Positions 27,552 through 37,229 of a stretch of 64,000 nt of DNA are shown in pieces. This DNA is from an uncultured virus (IMG/VR IMGVR_UViG_3300034684_000282). Lineage: Duplodnaviria; Heunggongvirae; Uroviricota; Caudoviricetes. Numbering within the stretch: position 1 is the stretch's first letter; each line of letters opens with the position of its first letter. A program made the translations under genes and the position numbers. The stretch lies in IMG/VR virus record IMGVR_UViG_3300034684_000282; one strand, 5' to 3'. The notes beneath the pieces were generated by a model. It did no database searches and was not told the DNA's origin. It saw nothing but the letters and a program-made list of their open reading frames with translations.

Positions 27552-27638
27552 ACCTTACTACCTCCCTTACGTTTTACGGAGTACTCTCCGGTGTTTTACT
27601 GCTATAGTTATAACTTTTAAAGCTTTAAAAACCTTACG

Positions 27639-28703
27639 TCACACTACATTATCGTATATCAGAATGTTCTTGTTCAAGCGACTCTTGTACACAGCTAGTA
27701 CTCTTAAACCACGGTAACCGAGCTTCTTAGAGTTTCGGGAAGCGTCGTTTCTTATTAGAAAAGCTACGTCGTCGTGGTCGTCTACATCGTCTAGACTGGT
27801 GATCACTTTTGTTACAGGTATCTTAAACCAACCCTCATCGTCAACGCTAACGGTAGTGTCTAAGTCAAAACTCTTGACGACAACCGCACCGTTCGGTAGT
27901 ATGTCACTACCGAACACAACGTCTCTCTTCTCCTCTTCGGTGGGTAAAAAAGCAACGTTCGGTTTTAAACGGTACACACCCTTGTCAGTCAGCTCGAGTT
28001 CTACTACACCCTTCTCTACAAGCTCGTCTACAACTCTTCTAGCCTTAGCCCCCATGTAGTCATCGGCGGACTCCCAAGTTTCAGCATTGTCCTTCTTAAG
28101 CGATACAGGGTAGTCTAAGTTTCCCTGCAGTACTAAGTCCGCCTTTCGCCTGTTCTTTGTATCCGTTCCGGTCAGAACGCAGTTTTTAACGCCAACACAG
28201 CTAAACGTTTTATTCTTACCGACAAACCTTACGTTAACGGGCCCGTTAGCACACAGCTCGTTTATCTTATCCGCTAGAATCTTTTCGTTTAACACCCCGG
28301 CGCTGTGTTCTTTGTTCGGTTTGGCGACAAGCCTTATGTTGTTGTCTAGCTTAACGTAGCCTACCGACGAGACACCGCTCGGGGTGTCAATGTACACGCC
28401 GTCTAACTCGTCAGCTAGAAACTTTAGGAGCTTAACCCTGTTTTCATCGGTCTTTATATGAATTAACCTACTGTTCTTAACTACTACGCTCCCAACGTTT
28501 AAAGCTTTTAGTTTCTCCGCTACTTCAAGCACTTCTGGGTTAAAACTCTTCTCAGCTAGCAGTAAGTTTTTCACCCTTTTAAACAACTCGTCTTTGTCTA
28601 ACATGATGGGGGTGTGTGGTACCCTAGCTATAAAGCTACCACTCTTTTTCTTTTTCTTCTTACCCTTACTAATGTCGTACTTTCGCTCTACCGGCTTAGC
28701 CAT
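27639..28703 (-). CDS. PD-(D/E)xK-like nuclease-fold protein (start at MAKPVE)
   Basis: G..NE, KADLVL, VSLKKD motifs; GGAGAGG RBS before ATG 28703. Confidence 0.5.
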   Translation of the reverse strand: MAKPVERKYDISKGKKKKKKSGSFIARVPHTPIMLDKDELFKRVKNLLLAEKSFNPEVLEVAEKLKALNVGSVVVKNSRLIHIKTDENRVKLLKFLADELDGVYIDTPSGVSSVGYVKLDNNIRLVAKPNKEHSAGVLNEKILADKINELCANGPVNVRFVGKNKTFSCVGVKNCVLTGTDTKNRRKADLVLQGNLDYPVSLKKDNAETWESADDYMGAKARRVVDELVEKGVVELELTDKGVYRLKPNVAFLPTEEEKRDVVFGSDILPNGAVVVKSFDLDTTVSVDDEGWFKIPVTKVITSLDDVDDHDDVAFLIRNDASRNSKKLGYRGLRVLAVYKSRLNKNILIYDNVV

Positions 28704-29607
28704 GAGACGCCTCTCCAGGGTTAACGTGCTGGGTAATTCTCTGGAGCATCTCGTCACTCAGTTCAAACTTACCGTTGGTCTTCTCCAACTTAAACGCCGT
28801 GTCTCTAAACTTAGAGCGAAACGTACTTTCGTCGGTATTCTTACTAAACACAACCCAGAGCTCGTCTAGAGTGTTTAGTAGCCCCTGCCGGACAGCCCTG
28901 GGGATAGTGTTTAGGATCTTTCTGTGCACGTGTTCTAGATAGTCTTCGGGAACTACGCGGTCCCTAGTCTTGTTACGTATCTTAGCCAAGTCAATACTCG
29001 TGACTACCCAAACTAGGGCAACCCTGTAGCCTAAGTCTTTAAACAAGCGTGTGTTTAAAACTAGCTCTTCAACGTTGTTACCGGTCGTGTCTATCACGAA
29101 GTTCTGAAGTTTCTTTCCCGAACTTCTTAGAAAACTGTCTAGCGCTTTGCTAAACAGATGTCTTTTCCAGCTAGTATATTTATGCAGCTCCTCCATGTCT
29201 CGAGGGTTCTTTGGGTCCGGCAGCCTACCGCCGTACGGTTCTAGAATCTGCTCCTTAACTCTCGGACTAGTCTCCGGGCTGTTGACTAGCTTTTCTAGCA
29301 GCTTAACGTACAGCATCTTTATGTTGTCGCTGTCTAACACCTTGGCGTCGATTAAAAGTTGGTTCCTAATAGTGTACGACTTGCCGGACCCCGGTCCACC
29401 GCACGTAAACACGGCCCAACCGCTTCTAGGGTACGGCTGGTTTCCAAACTTTACGGCTGAGTCTTCGACTACACCGACTAAGTTATACCTAGTGTTTTGC
29501 AGCGTCGCTTTAATTAAATCATGTAGTTTGTCTGGCACTGGTACGTACCTCCTACGTAGTGAAAAACTCTTCATACAAAAATCTATGACTATACGGTAGT
29601 TCGTCAA
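28696..29607 (-). CDS. Zeta-toxin/AAA_33-like P-loop kinase (start probably GTG 29538)
   Basis: GGPGSGKS, DSD, VIDTTG, RNKTRDRVVP. Confidence 0.8.
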   Translation of the reverse strand: MTNYRIVIDFCMKSFSLRRRYVPVPDKLHDLIKATLQNTRYNLVGVVEDSAVKFGNQPYPRSGWAVFTCGGPGSGKSYTIRNQLLIDAKVLDSDNIKMLYVKLLEKLVNSPETSPRVKEQILEPYGGRLPDPKNPRDMEELHKYTSWKRHLFSKALDSFLRSSGKKLQNFVIDTTGNNVEELVLNTRLFKDLGYRVALVWVVTSIDLAKIRNKTRDRVVPEDYLEHVHRKILNTIPRAVRQGLLNTLDELWVVFSKNTDESTFRSKFRDTAFKLEKTNGKFELSDEMLQRITQHVNPGEASHG

Positions 29608-30160
29608 ACATCTTTCTACACAATGTTTGAAACTCTTTTAAAGCTCTTGGACTAGTCCTAAGCCTGAAAATGTGGCGCAGTTCCCTAGCGTTTAGTGTCA
29701 TGACTAGCTTTGTTGTGGTTGACTCTTGAATGTAATACTTTAAAACATCGTTCGGTATACCGCACCGCACCGCTTCCTCTAACTGCGACTGTAGTGTCTC
29801 GGAAGTTTCCTTAAGCTTACTCAAAGTCGCAGCTTTGTCACTATCCTGTAAAACCACCGCTTCGTCTTCTGAGAATACGTGCTCATTTCGCACGGTTTTA
29901 CCCAGCGCCCACCTAGTAGACTGCACGCTTAGCGACACGTGTCTGTGGCGAGCTAGCTCTTGAAGCAGGGCTCTCGACACTCCCTCTATCACGAAGCTGT
30001 AGACAACATGCTCGACAACACTCTCGTGACCCATCGAGACTAGTTTTTTCAGAAACTCCGCCGCGTCGTAGCTGTCTATCTTACTCTCGGAGTTCGTGCA
30101 AGTTAGGGCAGCTTCTAGAGCCACCGTAACGGGCGTTAGATTTAACAAGCTAACTCTCAC
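29552..30160 (-). CDS. thyX: FAD-dependent thymidylate synthase
   Basis: GHESVVEH, SRALLQELARHRHVSLSVQSTR, TLNARELRH. Confidence 0.95.
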   Translation of the reverse strand: MRVSLLNLTPVTVALEAALTCTNSESKIDSYDAAEFLKKLVSMGHESVVEHVVYSFVIEGVSRALLQELARHRHVSLSVQSTRWALGKTVRNEHVFSEDEAVVLQDSDKAATLSKLKETSETLQSQLEEAVRCGIPNDVLKYYIQESTTTKLVMTLNARELRHIFRLRTSPRALKEFQTLCRKMFDELPYSHRFLYEEFFTT

Positions 30161-30524
30161 TGCTTACCATTCCCTTTTCATTAATTATATCATATATTTC
30201 CTTATCTCTACTGTTTGTATCCGTGTAGTACGCCTCTACCTTCCTAGCGATGATTAAGCTCGCTAAGTCAGCGTACTTCAGCTTTATTAAACCTTCATCA
30301 TCGCTTGACACCGTAGTATCACCGCTTAGTGGCTTCGTCTTATACATCACGTGCATGTACACGTAGTCCTTGTCTTCAGTTATAACGTCTGAAAACAATA
30401 TCATCCCACCGACATATACCCTAATATTCTGGGTCTGGTCGGTAAAGTCTGACTTTACGATAAAGTACGTTGAGTTTCTATCCCGCTTAAACTTTAGCGC
30501 TGCTAGCAGCCTGTCGTAGTCCAC
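30150..30524 (-). CDS. Hypothetical protein
   Basis: ORF coupled to its neighbours. Confidence 0.7.
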   Translation of the reverse strand: MDYDRLLAALKFKRDRNSTYFIVKSDFTDQTQNIRVYVGGMILFSDVITEDKDYVYMHVMYKTKPLSGDTTVSSDDEGLIKLKYADLASLIIARKVEAYYTDTNSRDKEIYDIINEKGMVSSES

Positions 30525-31003
30525 TAGAAGTCAGACTCCCTTCTATCCTGGTAGTAGACGTTTAGTACTACGCTGTAGCAGACGTCCCTGTGCACGTCGG
30601 TGCTACCCAGCTGAAACTTGTAGTACCGGTCGTCGTAGGGAAGCTTAAGCTCAACGATGTCATCTTCCTTAGGGTGGTCGTCGAACTTCATGATTCCGTT
30701 TAGCGTAGTGTTTGTCTCTACCGAGTGTCCGTAAGCTTTGAGTACTTCGTTGAACCGGTTGTAGTCAACGTAAACGTGAGTGTTTACCGTGTGGTACAAG
30801 TCCTCGTCCGTATGGTACGTAGTAGGGGTGTCTTGATACATAGGGTCCAGGACGGGCTGAATCCCTACCCATTTTCTAAGCCTGCACGGTATACCGTACA
30901 GTTCGATAATCTCGTCAGCGTAGTGCCTGAGTAGCGGCTTGTCGTCTAACTCGTGAAATATCTCGTTAAAGTTGATCTCTGCCAACCTACACCACCATTC
31001 CAA
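30524..31003 (-). CDS. Neck/head-closure protein (gp14-like)
   Basis: EIIELYGIPC..DPMYQD..PKEDDIV. Confidence 0.6.
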   Translation of the reverse strand: MEWWCRLAEINFNEIFHELDDKPLLRHYADEIIELYGIPCRLRKWVGIQPVLDPMYQDTPTTYHTDEDLYHTVNTHVYVDYNRFNEVLKAYGHSVETNTTLNGIMKFDDHPKEDDIVELKLPYDDRYYKFQLGSTDVHRDVCYSVVLNVYYQDRRESDF

Positions 31004-31547
31004 ACCAGTCAGTTTGCTTGTCTTTTCGCATCGCAGCTAGCGTGTGCTCAACAGTGTTAAAGTAAGTGTAGACTCTCTTACCCCTATCGCTGTCGTAGCG
31101 CGAGAGCCAGTACAGCAAGGAACTCCTAGTGTCTACGTGTATAAACGACAGTTTACTACCGCTTTCAAGCTGGTTTAAACCGACGCAGTTAAAAACACCC
31201 GTTGCTTTTAGCAACACCTCACCGGCGTTTAACTTTCCGCATGTAGTAAAGTCAACGGCATCTCCGCTTGAGTGCAAGCTTGAGTTACACAGCTCAGTAC
31301 TTCTACCGCACTCTAGACAGCGGTAAGCGCTTACGATCCTGACCGGAGTGTTACCAATGCCAGACCTAAGCTTTTCCAGTCTGTCAAGTAAGCTCGCGCT
31401 TACTACTACTCTCCCGCAGTGTCGGCACTTAAACTCACCGACTCTAAAGTGTGGGGACAGGTGCCTACCGCTATAACGGTAACCGTCACTTACTCTAACG
31501 TATGGTGAGCGGTAAAGCCAGCTCCTACACTTTTCTACGACTGCTCT
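30987..31547 (-). CDS. Peptidase M15A family (D-Ala-D-Ala carboxypeptidase-like); frame open to about 31570 with no canonical start
   Basis: HLSPHFRVGEFKCRHCG..LLDRLEKLR..IVSAYRC..SLHSSGDAVD..FIHVDTR; the ORF track captures only the C-half. Confidence 0.85.
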   Translation of the reverse strand, partial: RAVVEKCRSWLYRSPYVRVSDGYRYSGRHLSPHFRVGEFKCRHCGRVVVSASLLDRLEKLRSGIGNTPVRIVSAYRCLECGRSTELCNSSLHSSGDAVDFTTCGKLNAGEVLLKATGVFNCVGLNQLESGSKLSFIHVDTRSSLLYWLSRYDSDRGKRVYTYFNTVEHTLAAMRKDKQTDWFGMVV

Positions 31548-32029
31548 AAAAAAGGGACGTCTTTCTTACTCTCCTCCATGGAGAAGAGAATAACGTTACT
31601 CACGAACAGTGTCTTCATGTTGTCACTAAGTTCAACGATGTAAAACTTCTGTAGGTCGTCCTCACCTAAGTCAGCTACAAAGTCAACCGTTAGGAAGCCA
31701 TTTATCGTGACGGCGTAGTCGTTGGGTGAGAAGTCTTCAACGTCTACAGCCCTACCGTCGGGCGTCATGATTTTTTGACCTGGGTATACTACAATATTAT
31801 GATCTTGCAGGCCCATGCCTGACACCCTAATCAGCTTACCGACAGCGGCGTCTATCTCCTGCATATTTAGTATATTCGAGGTTTCCTCACCGTTGGGCCT
31901 GAAACCCGCCACTCTGAAGTCTGAGTTGAGTAGTTCTTTCTTAAAACTGTCGTACACCGCGTAGGCTTGTACGTTGCCGTGCGATGTGTACAGCTCGGAG
32001 TTTTCGTGTACAATGAACCTTTGAGTCAT
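31535..32029 (-). CDS. Stand-alone degenerate Hint/intein-like protein
   Basis: VHENSELYTSHG / IVVYPGQKIMTPDGRAVDVEDFSPND / FYIVEL..TLFVSNVILFS. Confidence 0.6.
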   Translation of the reverse strand: MTQRFIVHENSELYTSHGNVQAYAVYDSFKKELLNSDFRVAGFRPNGEETSNILNMQEIDAAVGKLIRVSGMGLQDHNIVVYPGQKIMTPDGRAVDVEDFSPNDYAVTINGFLTVDFVADLGEDDLQKFYIVELSDNMKTLFVSNVILFSMEESKKDVPFLEQS

Positions 32030-32069
32030 TTCGTACTCTCCTTTAGCTTAACTACTTATAATATTAAGT

Positions 32070-34922
32070 TCAAAAATACTTAACTTTACTGCTTCTACTC
32101 TTAGACATAAACTTGTTAAACACACCGTTGCTCTTAGCGGTTACCTCAAACGGTAGCTGCCAGCCCAGTGCGTTGTAAAAAGACTCAACTGGCTTAATAA
32201 TTAGTCTTTCCTTCATCTTATCGTAGTCAACGTCAAGCTTACCCTCGATTAGCTGCCAGTACTGGCTTCCGTCCGGTACGGACAGCACGTACTCCTTCCT
32301 TTGGTTTAACTCACTATCACTCCATTTCTTAACGTATATGTACTTAACTTTACCGGTCTTAATCTTGTCAGTCTTTTTCTTAGCAAAGTAGTCGTTCCAC
32401 ACCCTGGCTCCCCTTATGTGAACGGGGAGGTTCTTGACGTATGAGTCGACGTTGTTCACCGATATGGGGAGAGCTATATCCTTTAGCTGGTACTCGTTCC
32501 TTAACCTCTCGCACTCTCGCACAACTATAGAGTCTACTCTGTCCTTACCATCAAGCTTTAGTATACTTAGCAAAACATTTTCTAAAAACGGTTTTAGCGC
32601 CTTCGGCGTGCTAGACCGTCTTAGGGATATACCGACGGACTTTAGCTTGTCTACCGGTACACCCTCGCTGAATATAATGTGTATGGCGTACGCTTTCTTC
32701 GCCACAAATATCCCCGTGTCGGCTAGCCACTCGTTCTTTATAGTCAAAAAATTATTAGACCTACTTACCCTATACTTGTAGAATATGTCTCTACACACCG
32801 AGTATATAGACTCGTTGATGTAGTCTTGACACTCCTTAGAGACAGCGGATATCTTCTTCAAAACTTCAGGGTCCCTCTCCGTTGGGTTGTAGTCTACCAC
32901 GCCCTCGAGAGTAAATATGATTGAGTCGGTGTCGTTCGTTATAACATAGTCTTTTTCCTGGCTGGCTTGTGTCTTACCGTTTAGAAACTTATTCAGGAGG
33001 TAAGAACACGTTCTTATCAAGAGCTGGCCCGTAGTTGTAATACCCTCCGATATGTCTAAGTTGTACAGCCTGAAGCCCTCGTTAGCCGTAGCCCCGTAGA
33101 CCGAGTTGTTGATGATTTTAACAGCCGTTTGGTAGACGTTGTACATGTTGTAGAGACTCTCGTTTCCCCGCTCTAAGTTGGCTAACATAAGCTTCTTATA
33201 CTTTTCTCTCGACTGCATTATGTCGTCGATAACCTTAGCGATAATAGCATCATCTTTACTCTGGTCGACTATCAGCCCGTTTGGTAGTAGGCAAAAGTTG
33301 TTGTCTCTCAGCCATCTCTTAAGGACCCCTAAGTTCTCAAACTTGCTCGGAAAACCCTTGTCTGTGTACAAGTCGTAATACTCAACTTCCATGTCGATAT
33401 ACTCTCTCTCAACGGACTTTAAGTTTACAGTACTCTTACTCTCAATATCTTTAAGGAGCCTAACGTCGTACTGCAGGTACTTCGGTAGCAGCTCGTCTCT
33501 AACGTACTCTAGACTGTCGATATTTAGCGCTTTTGCTATAGTGTAAGCGACTAGCTGCTGGTAGCAGTCTACCCTGCCGACCAATGTTTCGGTAGACAGT
33601 AAAAACGTTTTAACTATTGACGGGTATAGGGACTTAAAGTCTAGGTCAGACACCCACTTGAACAGTCCCTTAAGCGGTGGCTTTACGTACGCTCCTAAGT
33701 ACTTATCCTTCGAAGTGTGCTTTGGTTTTGATGGAAGCACGTAGTTCCAGCCGCTCTCCTCCCTACGCCTAACAGCCTCCATTAAGAGAAGGTTGTCTAT
33801 AACTCGAGTCTCGTAAAATATGTCCTGAAAGTTAACCTTTGAGATGTTTCTTATCGTAACAGCTAAGTTTATTATCTTCAGCTTGTCTTCCAGCATTGTT
33901 AGCAAGCGTACGTCTTGAACGTTGTACTTGCAAAACTTAGTAAAATCACTTAAGTACAAGTCGGACGGGTCAACGTACTCTTCGTCACCCGCGCCGTTGA
34001 TTAGCTTTGACTCGCCGAGTTCTTCCTCGGCGATGTACTTCAGCGCGTACGACGGTTTTTCGGTGTCGGTGTACTTCTTGTACAGCGTTAGCATGTCTAC
34101 AACGTCTATACCTGGGATAACGTTGTCCATGTCTAAGTCTTGGTTGTTTTCAAGCGCGTACCTAACCTTTGAGCTAACGTAGTCAAACGGGCTTAACACT
34201 CTAAGCCCGTCTACACCGATGTAGTCGACTACCTTCCTACAGATGTACGGAATGTCAAACTTAGAATTCCAAGCGGTTACAATGTCCGGGTAGTTCTTCT
34301 TAACAAACTGTATAAACGAAACGAGTAGCGCTTTGGGACTGTCAAAGAGGTATACCTCTACCTCACCGTACTCCCTTACTTCCTTCTCAACTTTCGCCTG
34401 CGCGACTGATCGCTTGTTAGCTTCGTCTCTAGTTAGCAAAAACCACGAGTAAAACTTACTCGTGTAGTTGTCGTATACCGTTACGGCGTTTATGTCGGCT
34501 AGGTTGTTCTTAAAGCTAGGCATGTTCCCGTCGGTGACGTAAGTCTCAATGTCTAGGTAGAATATTCTCGGGGATATAGTCGACGGAAACTCTACGTTGT
34601 AGAACGAGTCACACACAAACCTCTGCTCGGGTGACACGTCCGCTTCCCCGTGCGGTAGGTTGGATGACTTGTAGAGTTCGTACGCTTCCTTAGGGCTAAC
34701 GTACACTTTTACTAATTCTTCACCCGTGTTTAAGTGCTTGTAGACAGTATCGTTGACACCGTACCTACGGTATCTAGAAGACATAAAAATGTAGTGGTCG
34801 AAGGGAACTGAAGCGTAGTTAAGTCGGTGTGCCCCCCTCACCCTGTAGTACATGTCAATGCAGCGGTTCTTACTGTTATACTTTATCTTAGTAGGTAAAA
34901 AATTAATCTTTCTATGCGTCAC
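32070..34922 (-). CDS. polB: Family B DNA polymerase (gp43-like)
   Basis: DIET, WNSKFD, YNVQDV, DFKSLYPS, KIINNSVYG, NDTDS, KKAY. Confidence 0.97.
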   Translation of the reverse strand: MTHRKINFLPTKIKYNSKNRCIDMYYRVRGAHRLNYASVPFDHYIFMSSRYRRYGVNDTVYKHLNTGEELVKVYVSPKEAYELYKSSNLPHGEADVSPEQRFVCDSFYNVEFPSTISPRIFYLDIETYVTDGNMPSFKNNLADINAVTVYDNYTSKFYSWFLLTRDEANKRSVAQAKVEKEVREYGEVEVYLFDSPKALLVSFIQFVKKNYPDIVTAWNSKFDIPYICRKVVDYIGVDGLRVLSPFDYVSSKVRYALENNQDLDMDNVIPGIDVVDMLTLYKKYTDTEKPSYALKYIAEEELGESKLINGAGDEEYVDPSDLYLSDFTKFCKYNVQDVRLLTMLEDKLKIINLAVTIRNISKVNFQDIFYETRVIDNLLLMEAVRRREESGWNYVLPSKPKHTSKDKYLGAYVKPPLKGLFKWVSDLDFKSLYPSIVKTFLLSTETLVGRVDCYQQLVAYTIAKALNIDSLEYVRDELLPKYLQYDVRLLKDIESKSTVNLKSVEREYIDMEVEYYDLYTDKGFPSKFENLGVLKRWLRDNNFCLLPNGLIVDQSKDDAIIAKVIDDIMQSREKYKKLMLANLERGNESLYNMYNVYQTAVKIINNSVYGATANEGFRLYNLDISEGITTTGQLLIRTCSYLLNKFLNGKTQASQEKDYVITNDTDSIIFTLEGVVDYNPTERDPEVLKKISAVSKECQDYINESIYSVCRDIFYKYRVSRSNNFLTIKNEWLADTGIFVAKKAYAIHIIFSEGVPVDKLKSVGISLRRSSTPKALKPFLENVLLSILKLDGKDRVDSIVVRECERLRNEYQLKDIALPISVNNVDSYVKNLPVHIRGARVWNDYFAKKKTDKIKTGKVKYIYVKKWSDSELNQRKEYVLSVPDGSQYWQLIEGKLDVDYDKMKERLIIKPVESFYNALGWQLPFEVTAKSNGVFNKFMSKSRSSKVKYF

Positions 34923-34977
34923 TTTAGCCAGCTGTTAACTTCTAACCCCCCTTCAAACTTGCTCTTCTCAACACTCA

Positions 34978-35772
34978 CTAAACTTCTAAAATTCTACTAA
35001 GACGACTGGCCTGCCACTCCTCCGCCTCACCCTTCGCTTTCTTAGCTACGGCTCGGGCATCTTCTATCTCTACGCTATTATCCGCTAGCGTGTCAGCTAG
35101 AACCGTAGCGTACACGGCGTTTCTAGCCGCTCTGGCGGTAAGCTTCGCGGCACTCACCGCGCTACCGTCAGTTAGCGAGGCAAACATGTCGCTTAGAGCT
35201 ATTAACCGGCTGTGGTGGGAGTCAACCTCGCGCGTACACATTGCCTTAGACTTAACCGACCGGCTGAAAATATCATGCACCCACTGCCGGGTGTGGTCGT
35301 AGTTAATCTTGTGTACGTACGCTTTCCTACACGCAAACGCATTGGTTAGGAAGCGCGCCGCGTCTACCGCGCTGAACAGGTAAGCGTTGTCAGGGTACAT
35401 TTTTTCGTACAGCGCAAGCACGTACTCCACACAGTCGGAGGCAAACTTTCGAGCCGCGTCCTCAGTCCAACCGGTGCATTCTCTCACAAGCCTACACTCT
35501 CGAGCAACGTACTCGTCACCGCAGTCAACCACCTCTTGACCAACCTCAGTTTTGAATATTCTAGGACCCAACCGGTTTAGTAGCTGTCTAGTATCGGCAA
35601 CGTGGTACCCGTTTGAACACCCCTTTAACTCTCCGTCGGCTAGACTCATCCACTCACCGGGAGTCCAGCTGCCGTTTCTGCTAAGCGTGGGTAGAGACCA
35701 CTTAACCGTGTCGCCGTGACACGAGTACCCTGACTCGTTGAGTACCTTGTAGAGGTTAACTTTCCTTTCCAC
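34978..35772 (-). CDS. Hypothetical protein with Imm5-like helical C-terminus
   Basis: CSNGYH..; FASDCVEYVLALYEKMYPD..AVDAAR..AARAA. Confidence 0.6.
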   Translation of the reverse strand: MERKVNLYKVLNESGYSCHGDTVKWSLPTLSRNGSWTPGEWMSLADGELKGCSNGYHVADTRQLLNRLGPRIFKTEVGQEVVDCGDEYVARECRLVRECTGWTEDAARKFASDCVEYVLALYEKMYPDNAYLFSAVDAARFLTNAFACRKAYVHKINYDHTRQWVHDIFSRSVKSKAMCTREVDSHHSRLIALSDMFASLTDGSAVSAAKLTARAARNAVYATVLADTLADNSVEIEDARAVAKKAKGEAEEWQASRLSRILEV

Positions 35773-35977
35773 AGCATTTCCTCCTTTGTTTAATGAAAAA
35801 TATTTTCTATTACTATAACACTTTGACTTTTTTTCTCTCCTATTTTATTACCTACACTTATTATATCACATTTCTTTATAAAGTAAACTAGCAATCAACA
35901 CAAAATATACTTAACACGCTTACATGATATTTTTCTACTAGCTATTTATTCATTTTTTTATATACTGTACACTACTA

Positions 35978-36271
35978 TTATAACTCCCTCATGTACAAGT
36001 CACCCACGAAGTCAAACTGAGTGCCGTACGGCCACTCGTCAGGATCGTCGTAGTCACTTTTTCTCTCCGTTACCCTAAAGCTACTCTCCGCGACTACTAC
36101 CGCTACAACAACGCCGCCCTCCGTAACCTCGTCTGGAATTCCGTCTGGGTCGTCTGAGTAGTCGTCAAGTATGTTTTGAGCCATTCTCATCGCATCTTCC
36201 TTACTGTCGGCTAAGTACTTACAGTTGTTAAATTTATCGTAGACAATCCACCTAACTCTTTTGTCTTCCAT
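35978..36271 (-). CDS. Hypothetical protein
   Basis: AGGAG RBS. Confidence 0.75.
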   Translation of the reverse strand: MEDKRVRWIVYDKFNNCKYLADSKEDAMRMAQNILDDYSDDPDGIPDEVTEGGVVVAVVVAESSFRVTERKSDYDDPDEWPYGTQFDFVGDLYMREL

Positions 36272-36391
36272 CTTACTCTCCTTTTTACTTATAGTTAATA
36301 TACACCAACAACTTATTATCTATGATCTTTTCATTCAGACTAAATGCTTGCAAAATATAAATTAATAATATAGAAATACTGAGTGTATCAG

Positions 36392-36491
36392 AGTACCTGT
36401 GGAACACAGGGAATTTACGCCTGTGGAGACTTCGGAAGTCTGTAGTCGCTGAAGCAGGAAGACTACAACTTTTAAGTTGTAGTTAGTTCAC
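36392..36491 (+). mobile_element. Orphan TnpB right-end/omegaRNA scaffold (second copy)
   Basis: AGTACCTGTGGAACACAGGGAATTTACGCCTGTGGAGACT..GTCGCTGAAGCAGGAAG..TAGTTCAC; inverted homologue of 2037-2134. Confidence 0.8.
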
Positions 36492-36511
36492 CAAAATCTC
36501 TTTATTTTTTC

Positions 36512-36763
36512 TTATCTTTCTTTTTTATTTCTTCTAACTTTGTATTCTTCATACTTAAGCTCTTTGATTACTTCCCACGTGGGTTCATCCTCGTTGTATA
36601 CTTCGCACCACGTGTTAAAGATGTCCTTTAACAGGGCGCGACACTCTTGTTCAGAAAAATTGCCGGCTGAACCAGCACTAACACAAACACTCATTATTTT
36701 GTCAAGTAGAAAATCTTTTTTTAAAACTAACTTTTTAAGTTCATCGACACTTAAATCCACCAT
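36512..36763 (-). CDS. Hypothetical protein
   Basis: GGAGG RBS; has a pseudogene paralogue at 37230-37455. Confidence 0.75.
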   Translation of the reverse strand: MVDLSVDELKKLVLKKDFLLDKIMSVCVSAGSAGNFSEQECRALLKDIFNTWCEVYNEDEPTWEVIKELKYEEYKVRRNKKER

Positions 36764-36817
36764 TACTTTATCCTCCTTTTACTTTGTATATATTTGAAAC
36801 CTATTCCTAACTAAAAC

Positions 36818-37228
36818 CTAGTCTGTGAGTAATTTATCTTGGTTCTCCCTTACAGCCACTGCGGAGGCGTAGTCAGTCTCAAGCTGAGCGTAGTAATCAG
36901 CGTTAAAGCTAGTTATAAACTTGTATACTTCGATCTTACCCCTTTCCAAACCTTCCTGAATAATTCTAACAAACTCTTTAATTGCTTCTACAATGTTACT
37001 TTGAGTGTCCTCCGAACAGGGAGTGTCAAACAAGACGCGAATTTTTACTTTTCTCTCTCCGGTTGGATGGTTTATTAGTATACCTGAATCATTCATTACA
37101 GAGTAGCTAAACATGCAATCAACGTCAATAGAACAGTCGTTAATGTCTTCTCGCTTTGAATTAACAAAGTCCCTAAACTCGCTTAGCTTCATGTGTATGA
37201 GTTCTTCACGCTTCGCTAAGTTAGTCAT
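36818..37228 (-). CDS. Hypothetical protein
   Basis: GAGG RBS. Confidence 0.7.
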   Translation of the reverse strand: MTNLAKREELIHMKLSEFRDFVNSKREDINDCSIDVDCMFSYSVMNDSGILINHPTGERKVKIRVLFDTPCSEDTQSNIVEAIKEFVRIIQEGLERGKIEVYKFITSFNADYYAQLETDYASAVAVRENQDKLLTD

Positions 37229-37229
37229 C

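Noticed and set aside
8559..34922. Inteins or introns in terminase, portal or DNA polymerase
   Set aside because: Motifs are contiguous, sizes are normal and no splice-junction blocks are visible
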